DNA from: an uncultured Acidobacteriota bacterium
Lineage (GTDB): Bacteria; Acidobacteriota; Vicinamibacteria; Vicinamibacterales; 2-12-FULL-66-21
Reading direction: 5' to 3'
Assembly (NCBI GenBank): GCA_963750935.1
Contig: CAVVSR010000018.1
Location: 261,234-325,233, forward strand
Length of the DNA: 64,000 nucleotides
A program made the position numbers and the translations under genes. Within the stretch, counting starts at the first letter, position 1. Each line of letters begins with the position of its first letter. Of this stretch, positions 26,504 through 36,623 are shown piece by piece. Below the pieces are notes generated by a model. It was given only the letters and a program-made list of their open reading frames with translations, did no database searches and was not told the origin of the DNA.

Positions 26504-26845
26504 CTAGCGAAGCTGCTCTTCGGTGATGCCGTGATTGGGCAGCCGCGCGATCCGGCACCACTCGGCCAGCCGGGCGTGTCCGTTCACCGCTTCGATCCGC
26601 GTGCGGTGCCGAACCTCTTCCCCGTCGAGGATGCCGCCGAAGACTCGGGTCTCGAACATGGGCGGCGGCGTGCCGGTCTCGTCGGTGTCGCCGACGCCGC
26701 GGAACGTGGTCAGCACGGTGATTTCCGGCGTGACGATGGTGCGGCCAATGGAGCGATCGGCGCGCTCGAACCAGCGCGTCCAGGCCTCGAGGTTCCGTTC
26801 ACGGACCGGTTCACCGCGTTCGTCGAGGACAAAGTAGCCTTCCAT
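26504..26845 (-). CDS. Small hypothetical protein (113 aa)
   Basis: The ATG ending at 26845 is preceded by a GAGGTGG SD. The sequence MEGYFVLDERGEPVRERNLEAWTRWFERADRSIGRT...MFETRVFGG... has coding-like composition. The track ORF start at 26935 is unsupported. Confidence 0.6.
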   Translation of the reverse strand: MEGYFVLDERGEPVRERNLEAWTRWFERADRSIGRTIVTPEITVLTTFRGVGDTDETGTPPPMFETRVFGGILDGEEVRHRTRIEAVNGHARLAEWCRIARLPNHGITEEQLR

Positions 26846-27098
26846 CTTCCCACCTCTACCCTGCCGCCGTGCGTCTCGTGCCCGGCGTTGCGCGGATCGG
26901 GCTGCAACCAGCGCACCTGTGCCGCACCAATGCAAGTGAACGACCAGAACTGTCTGATCCCGTTTGTCTTGTAGCTGAGCTGCCGCGCCCGCCGGTTCCC
27001 CTCGCCGGCGACGAATCTGTAAGCCCAGTCACAACTTCGGTTCGGACCGGCGACGGACCCAACGACGGGTTCGTCGCCCGCACCGGCTTTTTGTTAGC

Positions 27099-28385
27099 AT
27101 GGCGCCCGTGAAGAGACACTTTCCGTTCGTCCTGGCCCTGGTGTGCGCGCTGGCGGTGGCCGAGATGCGTGCGCAGTGGCCCCAGTTCCGAGGAGCCGAG
27201 GGCACCGGCATGGTGCCCGCGAAGAACCCGCCCCTGACATGGGGGGAGGACCGGAACATCAAGTGGAAGACCGCCATCCACGGCCGCGGCTGGTCGTCGC
27301 CGGTGATCCTGGGCAATCAGGTCTGGTTGACCACGGCGACGCCGGACGGCCGGGAACTGTCCGCGCTCGCCCTGGATCAGGACACCGGCAAGGTCATCCA
27401 CGACCTCAAGCTGTTCCAGGTCGAGAAGCCCCAATACGCGCATCCCTTCAACAGCTACGCCTCGCCCTCACCGGTGCTCGAGGCGGGGCGCGCGTATGTG
27501 ACCTTCGGGTCGCCGGGGACCGCGGCCATCGACGTCAAGACGGGAAAGGTGCTGTGGGAGCGCCGCGATCTGGAGTGCAATCACTTCCGCGGCGCCGGCT
27601 CGTCGCCGATCATTTTCCGCAACCTGCTCATCATGCATTACGACGGCAGCGACGTGCAGTACGTCGCCGCCCTCGACAAGAACAGCGGCAAGACGGTCTG
27701 GCGCACGGCGCGGTCGATCGACTTCCAGGATCTGAATCCCGACGGCAAGCCGAAGGCGGACGGCGACTTCCGCAAGGCGTTCGCGACGCCGCACATCATC
27801 ACGGTCGGCAACGAACCGCTCCTGATCAGCCTGGGCGGCAAGGCGGCGTATGCCTACGAACCGATGACCGGGAAGGAGCGGTGGCGCCTCGAGGAGCGCG
27901 GCAGCCACTCGGCGAGCACGCGCCCCGTGTTCGGCCTCGGCATGCTCTTCTACCCCACCGGCTTCGACTCGCCGAAGCTCGTGGCGGTCCGTCCGGACGG
28001 CAGCGGCGACGTCACGCAGACGCACGTCGCCTGGCGGTTCACGCGCGCGGTGCCGAACAAGCCGTCGATCCTGCTGGTCGGCGACGTCATCTACATGGTC
28101 AACGACGTCGGCCTGGCCACGGCGGTCGACGCCAAGAGCGGCGAGCAGATCTGGCAGTCGCGCGTGGGCGGCACCTTCTCGGCATCGCCGATCCACGCTG
28201 CCGGACGCATCTACCTGTTCGACGAGGACGGCAAGACGACGGTGCTCGAGGCGGGACGCGAGTTCAAGATCCTCGCGCAGAATCAGCTCGACAACGGCTT
28301 CATGGCGTCGCCGGCCGCGGCGGGCGACGCCCTCTACCTTCGCACCAAGACGGACCTCTATCGGATCGAAGAGATCAAGAAGTAG
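27099..28385 (+). CDS. PQQ-like / BamB-like beta-propeller repeat protein (secreted)
   Basis: 428 aa with the signal peptide MAPVKRHFPFVLALVCALAVA. It has repeated WR/WK...G..SSP... blade motifs. Confidence 0.85.
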   Translation: MAPVKRHFPFVLALVCALAVAEMRAQWPQFRGAEGTGMVPAKNPPLTWGEDRNIKWKTAIHGRGWSSPVILGNQVWLTTATPDGRELSALALDQDTGKVIHDLKLFQVEKPQYAHPFNSYASPSPVLEAGRAYVTFGSPGTAAIDVKTGKVLWERRDLECNHFRGAGSSPIIFRNLLIMHYDGSDVQYVAALDKNSGKTVWRTARSIDFQDLNPDGKPKADGDFRKAFATPHIITVGNEPLLISLGGKAAYAYEPMTGKERWRLEERGSHSASTRPVFGLGMLFYPTGFDSPKLVAVRPDGSGDVTQTHVAWRFTRAVPNKPSILLVGDVIYMVNDVGLATAVDAKSGEQIWQSRVGGTFSASPIHAAGRIYLFDEDGKTTVLEAGREFKILAQNQLDNGFMASPAAAGDALYLRTKTDLYRIEEIKK

Positions 28386-28406
28386 CGCTCGGAAGGAACC
28401 TGCGCC

Positions 28407-29849
28407 TCAGAAGTACTTGCCGAGGAACTCCAGGAACGCCTTCCAGTCCGCCGGCGTCGCGGTGTGACCGCCGGTGTGATAGTGCCAGCCGAGATCGCCG
28501 CGTGTGAGCGGCGTATCGAGCGCGGGCACCTCGGTCGTCCCGAGATCGGTCTTGCCGAGCAGACGGTAGACCGGGCCGGCCGCCACCTGTGCCTTGAACA
28601 TGCCGACCGGATCGGCCCACTGGTCGGTCGTGCCGCCGGTGACGAACACCGGCCGCGGCGCGCTGAGCGCGATCAGCATGTGCGCGTCGACCGGCATCTC
28701 GTTCCAGCGTCCCGGCCACTTCTGGAAGTTGCCGGCGAACTGCCACCCGAAGTTCTGCGCCATGTCGTCGACGGTCTCGCCCCAGTCGCGGCGAGCCAGC
28801 GCCGCGCCCATCTCGCCCGAGCAGCTCGAGAACACGGCGGCGATCCGCTCGTCCTTCGCGCTCGCCCACAGCACGGTCTTGCCGAGGCGCGAATGTCCCT
28901 GCACCGCGATCTGCCTGGCGTTCACCGCCCGGTCGGTCTCGAGGTAATCGATGATGCGGCTGATGCCCCACGACCAGGCGCTGATCGTGCCCCACTCGTC
29001 GGCGGCCGGCTGCTCGGCGCCAGCCGCGAGCGTGCGGCCGATCACCCCCTGCGTCCACGCGTTGGCGCGGTCGGGTTGAATGTCGTTGTAGCCCACGGTC
29101 GCATAGCCCCAGCCGCGCGCGAGAATCTCGGCCGCGACCGGCGGATCTGACGGCGGACCACCGCGGCCGCGCCCGGCGGCCGCGGGCGGCGCGCCCGCTG
29201 CCGGGGTCGCCCCTGCCGCCGCCGGCGGTGCCGCCGTCGCGGGCGGAGTCGCCGCAGGCGGAGTGGTCGCAGCCGGAGCCGCTGCAGGAGGTGTCGCCGG
29301 AGGCTGTGGCGTACCGCCGCCGAAATTCACCAGCAGGATGATCGGCACCGCCCCCTTCGCCTGTGCCGGCGTGTGCAGGGTCAGGTTGATCTTCGGGGCG
29401 TCGGCGCCCTCGCCGATCGTGCCGACGATCCGCTTGCGGATCGAGGCGCCCTCGCGGGCCTGGGGATCGGTCTCGGCGACCTGCCACGTCACCTTCGGCG
29501 TGTTCGCCGGAATGCGCCCGTAGATGTCGGTCTCGTACATCCGCAGGATCTCGGCGCGTCGCGCGCGCCACGCGCGCGCATCGCGAACGGGCTTGCCGTC
29601 CACCATCACGAGCGGATCCGGCAGCGTATACGGCTTGACCTTCGACTCGTCGTAGTTCGAGACGTGGTTGGTCTTGAACGCCAGCCGCAGCGGGTTGCCG
29701 TTCGCATCCGAGCCGAGGTTGTTGCTGCGGCCGGCCGCCGGCGCAGCCTGCCCCTGCGGGGCCGCGGGCGGCGTCGCCGCCGGCTGTTGCGCGCTCAGCG
29801 CGATCCCCGCGGTGAGGGCTCCGATCGTTCCCAGGACACGCACGCTCAT
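28407..29849 (-). CDS. Carbohydrate esterase family 15-like (glucuronoyl esterase) with an internal Pro/Ala-rich insertion
   Basis: The start is the ATG ending at 29849 (GGAGGT SD, signal peptide MSVRVLGTIGALTAGIALSA). The catalytic block is VQGHSRLGKTVLWASAKDERIAAVFSSCSGEMG. The C-terminus is GGHTATPADW. Confidence 0.8.
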   Translation of the reverse strand: MSVRVLGTIGALTAGIALSAQQPAATPPAAPQGQAAPAAGRSNNLGSDANGNPLRLAFKTNHVSNYDESKVKPYTLPDPLVMVDGKPVRDARAWRARRAEILRMYETDIYGRIPANTPKVTWQVAETDPQAREGASIRKRIVGTIGEGADAPKINLTLHTPAQAKGAVPIILLVNFGGGTPQPPATPPAAAPAATTPPAATPPATAAPPAAAGATPAAGAPPAAAGRGRGGPPSDPPVAAEILARGWGYATVGYNDIQPDRANAWTQGVIGRTLAAGAEQPAADEWGTISAWSWGISRIIDYLETDRAVNARQIAVQGHSRLGKTVLWASAKDERIAAVFSSCSGEMGAALARRDWGETVDDMAQNFGWQFAGNFQKWPGRWNEMPVDAHMLIALSAPRPVFVTGGTTDQWADPVGMFKAQVAAGPVYRLLGKTDLGTTEVPALDTPLTRGDLGWHYHTGGHTATPADWKAFLEFLGKYF

Positions 29850-30100
29850 GTCGCTACCTCCGGCTCGTGGCCTGGAGACTATACCGCGTCGGTCGTGCGC
29901 CCGGCATCCCCGGGGCCGACCCATCACAATCGTCATCCTCATCACAGATAGGGCTGCGGCGGTCATCGCCATCGGCTGCCGATCGCGCAAACTAGCGTCG
30001 TCAGACCCCTCAATATCAAAGAGTTACTGACCCCACTCCCTCCCAGTGCCCGGTCGGCGGCCGCCTTGCTTTAGTGGCACCGGACCGGAGATCCATATCC

Positions 30101-33100
30101 ATGCGCAGAAGTCTTGCCCTCGTCGTTGGCGTCGCCCTGTGTCTTGGCGGTGGCGTCACGGCCGACAACACCGCAACGTCCCCATCGCCCGCGCCGACGT
30201 CCGTGCAGCTGCCGCTGGCCTTCGAACAGAACGCCGGCCAGGCAGCCGCTGACGTCCGCGCCCTGGCGCGAGTGCCCGGGATGACGCTGGCGATCACGCC
30301 CGACGAGTGGCGGCTGCGCATTGCCGACGGGCGGGCACGCCGGCACGCCGAGAGCCGGCAGGTCCGGCAGGGGCACGACCGATCGTCGCGCGACGCGATT
30401 ACCTATTCCAACCTCTCGATGCGTCTGCTCGGCGCGAACGCCGACGCGGCGGTGCGCTTCGAGGATCCGCTGGGCGGCCGCGTCAACTACCTGGTCGGGA
30501 GCGATCAGTCGAAGTGGGTCCGCAACGCCGGCCTGTTCGGCAGCATCCGCGTGATCGACGCGTATCCCGGCATCGACGTCAGGATGTACGGCAACGATCG
30601 CCTGCTCGAGTACGACGTCTTCGTGAAGCCAGGCGCACGGCTCGACGCCTTCCGCCTGCGCCTCGACGATCAGTCGACGGTCTCGATCAATCAGCACGGC
30701 GAGGCCGTGATCGCGCTGAAGACCGGAACGCTCGTGCAGCGCGCGCCGGTCATGTACCAGGACATCGACGGCGTGCGCACGCCGGTACGCGGCAGCTACG
30801 TCCTGCTCGACTCGCGCACGCTCGGGTTCCGCGCCGAGGCCTACGATGCCGCGCACACGCTCGTCGTCGATCCGATCCTGACGTATGGCAGCTACATCGG
30901 CGGCACCGGCGACGAGACGGTCGAGGCCGCGACCATCGGTCCGGACGGCAGCCTCTACCTGACCGGCTACACGTCGTCGCCGGCGCTGTTCGGGCACGCC
31001 AAGCCCTCGAACTGGTCCGACGTCTTCGTCATCAAATTGATGGCGGGCGGCGGCGCCGTCGACTTCGTCACCTACCTGGGCGGCGTGAACGACGACTACG
31101 GCTTCGGCATCGCGCTCGACCCGCAGGGCCGCATCGTCGTCGGCGGCGCGACCTTATCCTTCGACTTCCCGGTCACCGCGGGCCCCGCGAGAGCGGGCGG
31201 CATGGAGGCCTTCCTCGCACGGCTGCACGCCGACGGCTCCGGCGTCGACAGCTCGACGTTCGTTACCGGCACGGCCGCCGACTACGGCCTCAGCGTCACC
31301 GTGGGCACGAACAGCGTCGCGTATCTTGCCGGACATTCCTACTCGTCGGTGCTGAACGGCCTGACGCCGGTTCGCGCCAAGGCCGGCTTCAACGACGGCT
31401 TCGTCGCGGCGATCGCGCCGAACGGCACGACGAACTGGACGACGTTCATCGGCGGCGTCGAATACGACGCCGTGAGTGCGGCCGTTGTCGTGGGCAGCCA
31501 GATCCTGCTGGCGGGCGACACGGAATCGGCGAACTTCCCGGTCACCGGCACCGCTGCCGATGCGACCTGCGGCACCGACGGCCTCTGCAACCAGTACCGA
31601 GGCGTTCGGCAGCACCTGGTTCCACCCCGACATGTTCTTCGCGCGGCTCGACACCAACGGCACGATCACCTACGCGACCTACCACGGCGGCAGCGACGAC
31701 GAGTTCGCGTACGCCATGGCGGTGGACGGGACCGGACGGGCCTATGTTGCCGGCGACACGGCGTCGGGCAATTTCCCCGCGGTACTGCCGCTGTCGCAGG
31801 CGTCGCCGAGCGGCCACGACGCGTTCGTGGCCCGGTTCTCCACGACCGGCGCCGTCGAGTTCTCGACCAGGTTTGGCGGCCTCGACGATGACAGCGCGCG
31901 CGGCATCAGCGTGGCCGGCAGCCTGGTGACGATCAGCGGGAACACCAGCGGCACGGGCCTTCCGCTGCTCTATCCGCACCTGCCGGCCTGCCAACCGGCG
32001 GACGCGTTCGCGGCGACGTTCAATGCCTCGACGTCGACGCTGCTGTTCTCGTCGTGCTTTGGCGGCAGCCTGGACGACGAGGCGCGCGGGCACGCCACCG
32101 ACGGCGCGGGCACGACCTATCTCTACGGCTTCACCGAGTCGAAGGACCTGCCGGTCACCAACGGTGTGCAGCAGCAGGCCGACGAGTTCACGCCCGAAGG
32201 CATGCTGCTGGGCCTCCGCATCGGCGACGCCGATGGGGACGGCGTCATCGACGGCCGCGACAACTGCGCCTACCACGCGAATGCGAATCAGGCGGACGGC
32301 GATTCGGACGGCGTCGGCGACGTCTGCGATCCCAACCCCAGCAACGGCGGCACCACGAACACGCCGCCGGTCGCGGTGATCACGGCGAATCCGGCGCTGG
32401 TCAACCAGCCGGTCACGTTCAATCCGTCTACGTCCTCCGATCCCGGCGGACTGATCGTTCGCTACGAATGGGACCTCGACGACGACGGCGCCTTCGACGA
32501 TGCGGTGTCGATCGTGCCGCTGCCCATGACGGCGACCTACACGGTGAACGGCGACCGCGCGGTCAGCTTGAAAGTCACGGACAACCTCGGCGCGTGGCAC
32601 TCGGTGCGCTACACGTTCGCGGTGCGCGGCCCGGGCGAGGCGAGCCTGTCGATCAGCGCGACGGAGGCGGTGTTCGGCACCGTCGTTCGTCTGCAGGTGG
32701 ACGTCCCGCCGGCCGCGGGTGGCAGCGCTCCCACCGGCAACGTCGAGTTCCGCGACGGCGCCACGCTGCTGGCGACGCTGCCGCTGCGGACCGGCAACCC
32801 GTCGATCGCCTCGCTGCTGACGTCGACGCTGCCCGTGGGGGTGCACGTCCTCAGCGCCACCTATCTCGGCGATCCGAACTACCTGACGGCCACGAGCAAC
32901 AACGTGACGCTGACCGTCACGCCTCGGGTCGCCGGCGGCCTCAGGGAATGGGCCCGCGTCGGGGCAACGCCCGCGACGGTGCTCTACGCCCGTCGGGTGC
33001 AGAATGCGGATACCAGCTACGTGTCTGATGCCGTGGCCGTGGCAGACGGACTCTCGATGCGATTCGCCATCCGCGCCGATGGCAGCCTCTGGAGTTGGGG

Positions 33101-35766
33101 CCTCAATGCCTCCAGCCAGCTTGCCGACGGTTCGACGACCGCCCGCGAATCTCCGGTGCCGGTCCTGAACACCGACCTGTCGCCGTTCACCAACGTGGTA
33201 GCGGTCGCGGCTGGCTCGACGCACACGCTGGCGCTGACCGCGGACGGCAGCGTCTGGGCATGGGGGACCAACGAATCGGGACGGCTCGGCGACGGCACGA
33301 CCACGCCGCGCGCGCACCCGGTCAGGGTACGGAACGCGGCCGGCCCGTTGACGGGGATGGTCGCGATCGCGGCCGGCGGCATGGGCGGCATGGCCCTCGC
33401 TCATGACGGCACCGTCTGGACCTGGGGCGACAACAGCTTTGGCCAGCTTGGCGACAACACGCTCGTCGCGCGCTCACTCGCGGCGCCGGTGACGGGCCTG
33501 CAGGACGTGGTTTCGATCTCGCTCGGGTCGGGACGCCTGCCCTCGTCGACGCCCGCGGTGCACGCGCTGGCGGTCACCGGCGCCGGGGCGGTGATGGGCT
33601 GGGGCAGCAACTCGAACAGCCAGCTCGGGAACCAGCCGACGGTCATCTATAAACTGCCGGTGACGGTGCCGGGCTTGACCGGCGTGCCGGTCAAGGCGGT
33701 CTTCGCCGGCGGACGGCATTCCCTCGCGCTGACGTCGGACGCGAGGATCCTCGCCTGGGGCGCGGACGATCGCGGTCAGCTCGGCACGGGCTCCGGAACG
33801 GGCCTGCCGATCGCGGCGCCCGCCGCCGTGCGCCGCCCGGACTCCACGACGCTCACGGGAGTCGTCAGCTTCTCGGCCGCGGATACCTTCGGCGTCGCGG
33901 TGACCGCCGATGGCAGCGCGTGGGCATGGGGCGACCGCTCGTACGGCTACCTCTCCGACGGTAACGACATGTCGGGGTCGACGGCCGCAGTGGCGAGACG
34001 TCCGTTTGCCGACCGGGTCCGCCGCGACGCCGGAGCGCTGCAGACCGACGCCCTGAGCGTCAACGGCCGGGTCGATGGTGCGACGGCGCTGATCCGGAAC
34101 CTGCCGGCGGTCCCCGCCCTGATCCATCCCACGGCGAACGCGACCGATGTCGTGACCACCCAGGCGTTCACGTGGACGCAGGTCCAGGACGCCGACGCCT
34201 ACATCCTCTACATCGGCACCACGCCCGGCGGATATGACGTGCTCGCCGAGGGACTGCTGACGACGACGTCGCACCTGGTGCAGGCAACGCTGCCGCCCGA
34301 TCAGACCCTGTATGCACGGGTGCGCGCCCGCGTCAACGATGTGTGGCTCGACAGCGCCATTGTGCCCTTCACCGCGCGGCGAACCTCGGCGTCGATGATC
34401 TATCCGACCGCTAACGCGACCAATGTCAACACGGCACAGGCATTCACGTGGACGGCGGTGCCGAACGCGGACGCGTACATCCTCCACATCGGCACGACGC
34501 CGAACACCTGGAATGTGCTGGCCGCGGGGCTGCTGACGCAGCCGTCGTACCTGGTGACGACGGTGCTGCCGGTCGATCAAACCCTGCATGTCCGGGTGGG
34601 ATCGCGAGTCGGCGGGATCTGGCGGTACGGGAACAGCATTCCGTTCATGGTGCTGCGGACGACCGCGACGATGATCTACCCCACGGCCAATGCGACCGCC
34701 GTGTTGACGACGCAGGCATTCCAGTGGACGTCGGTGTCGGGCGCCGACGCCTACATCCTGCACATCGGCACCGCGCCGGACACCTGGAACGTGCTGGCGG
34801 CCGGGCTGCTGACGCAGACCTCGTATCTGGTGACGAACACGTTGCCGACCGGCGTGCCGCTCTATGTGCGGGTCGGGTCGCGCACCGCCGGGATCTGGCA
34901 GTTCTCGCCGAGCATCTCGTTCACCGCGGCGGCGGCGACGGCCACGATGACCTACCCGACGGCCAATGCCACGAACGTCTCGACCGCGCAGGCGTTCCAG
35001 TGGACGGCGGTGACGGGCGCCGACGCCTACATTCTGCACATCGGCACAACGCCGAATACCTGGAACGTGCTCGCGGCTGGTCTGCTGTCGCAGCCGTCGT
35101 ACGTGGTGGCCACGACGCTGCCGACCGGCGTCACGCTCTACGTCCGGGTCGGATTCGCGAGTCGGCGGGATCTGGCGCTACTCGGCGAGCATTCCGTTCA
35201 CCGCCGCGCTGATGACCGCGACGATGACCTATCCGACGGCCAATGCCACCGGCGTCTCGACCGCGCAGCCGTTCCAGTGGACGACGGTGTCGGGCGCCGA
35301 CGCTTACATCCTGCACATCGGCACCGCGCCGGACACCTGGAACGTCCTCGCGGCCGGACTGCTGACGCAGCCGTCGTTCCTGGTCACGACGACCTTGCCG
35401 ACCGATGTCACGCTCTACGTGCGCGTGGGATCGCGGGTGGGCGGGATCTGGCGCTACTCGGCGAGCATTCCGTTCACCGCGCTGCGGATGACCGCGTCGA
35501 TGATCTACCCGACGGCCAATGCCACTGGCGTGACCACCGCGACGGCGTTCCAGTGGACGCCGGTGCCGGGCGCCGACGCCTACATCCTGCACATCGGCAC
35601 CGCGCCGGACACGTGGAACGTGCTGGCCGCCGGGCTGCTGACGAGCTCGACGCATCTGGTCACCACGACCCTGCCGACCGGCGTCACGCTCTATGTGCGG
35701 GTCGGCTCGCGAGTCGGCGGCGTCTGGCGCTGGGGCGCCAGCGTGCCGTTCACCGCCGCGCCGTAG
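30101..35766 (+). pseudogene. Giant secreted multi-domain surface protein, interrupted by two single extra bases as assembled. Domains: SBBP beta-propeller repeats, thrombospondin type-3-like Ca-binding repeats, PKD, Ig-like, RCC1 propeller and six tandem 92-aa beta-sandwich-like repeats.
   Basis: Three track ORFs (30074..31891, 31476..35837, 35212..35766) join seamlessly if C 31597/31598 and T 35154/35155 are removed. The span length is 3n+2. It has the signal peptide MRRSLALVVGVALCLGG and the LPLAFEQNAGQ start typical of SBBP proteins. Other visible motifs are [35 protein letters not shown], a PKD-like [26 protein letters not shown], and WGxNxxGQLGDG-type RCC1 blades. Confidence 0.85.
34119..35766 (+). 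repeat. Six in-frame tandem repeats with a period of 276 bp (92 aa)
   Basis: Unit starts are at 34119, 34395, 34671, 34947, 35224 and 35500. Each begins (L/M)I/TYPTANAT and contains [21 protein letters not shown]...[15 protein letters not shown]. One interval is 277 bp, which locates the extra T. Confidence 0.95.
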
Positions 35767-35948
35767 TGGTCGCGCCAGTTTCCAAATTTCCAGTTCGCCA
35801 GTCTCCAGTCGCCAGGTGCCAGACGCCGCGTGTCTAACGCCGCAGGCGGAATTGACACCTCGCGACCTACTGGCTACTGGCAACTCGGTTAAGCGGAAAC
35901 TGACCCACCGCCGGCTGACGAGCACCCGCCCCGTTCTATAGTCGGGGG

Positions 35949-36623
35949 ATGAAGGCGTTGCTCGTCGAAGACGACGTGACGATTGCCGAGTTCATCGCGC
36001 GGGGCCTGAAGGAAGCGGGCTTCACCGTCGATCACGCGGCGGACGGCGACGCCGGTCTCGCCATGGCCACCAGCACCCCCCACGACGTCGCGATTGTCGA
36101 CCTGATGCTGCCGCGGCTCGACGGGCTGTCGCTGATCAGGTCGATGCGGGCCCGGCACGTGGGCACGCCGGTGCTGATCCTGAGCGCGAAACACACCGTG
36201 GACGATCGCGTCACCGGCCTCGATGCCGGCGGCGACGACTACCTGATCAAGCCGTTCGCCTTCACCGAACTGCTGGCGCGGGTGCAGGCGTTGATCCGGC
36301 GGGCCACCGGCGCGCCCTCGTCCGGATCGCTGACCGTCGGCGACCTCACCCTCGATCTGCGCAGCCGGGTGGCGACCCGCGCCGGACGCGGGATCGACCT
36401 TCGGCCGCGCGAGTTCGCGCTGCTCGAGTACCTGATGCGCAATGCCGGCCGCGTCGTCTCGAAGACGATGATCCTGTCGCACGTCTGGGACTACAGCTTC
36501 GATCCGCGCACCAACGTCGTCGACGTGCTCGTCCACCGGCTGCGCGAGAAGATCGACAAGGGCTTCGACCAGAAGCTGATCCACACCGTGAGAGGCATCG
36601 GCTATGTTCTCAAAGTGGCGTGA
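35949..36623 (+). CDS. OmpR-family response regulator (CusR/CpxR-like)
   Basis: 224 aa showing MKALLVEDD...[13 protein letters not shown]...[10 protein letters not shown] and the winged helix [13 protein letters not shown]...[11 protein letters not shown]. Confidence 0.93.
   Translation: MKALLVEDDVTIAEFIARGLKEAGFTVDHAADGDAGLAMATSTPHDVAIVDLMLPRLDGLSLIRSMRARHVGTPVLILSAKHTVDDRVTGLDAGGDDYLIKPFAFTELLARVQALIRRATGAPSSGSLTVGDLTLDLRSRVATRAGRGIDLRPREFALLEYLMRNAGRVVSKTMILSHVWDYSFDPRTNVVDVLVHRLREKIDKGFDQKLIHTVRGIGYVLKVA

Noticed and set aside
31542-35039. Long - strand ORFs (31542..33404 and 33474..35039) and alternative + frames inside the giant gene
   Set aside because: They are shadow ORFs. The repeat structure of the sense frame is mirrored in them (repetitive Arg-rich translation), and no domains are present.
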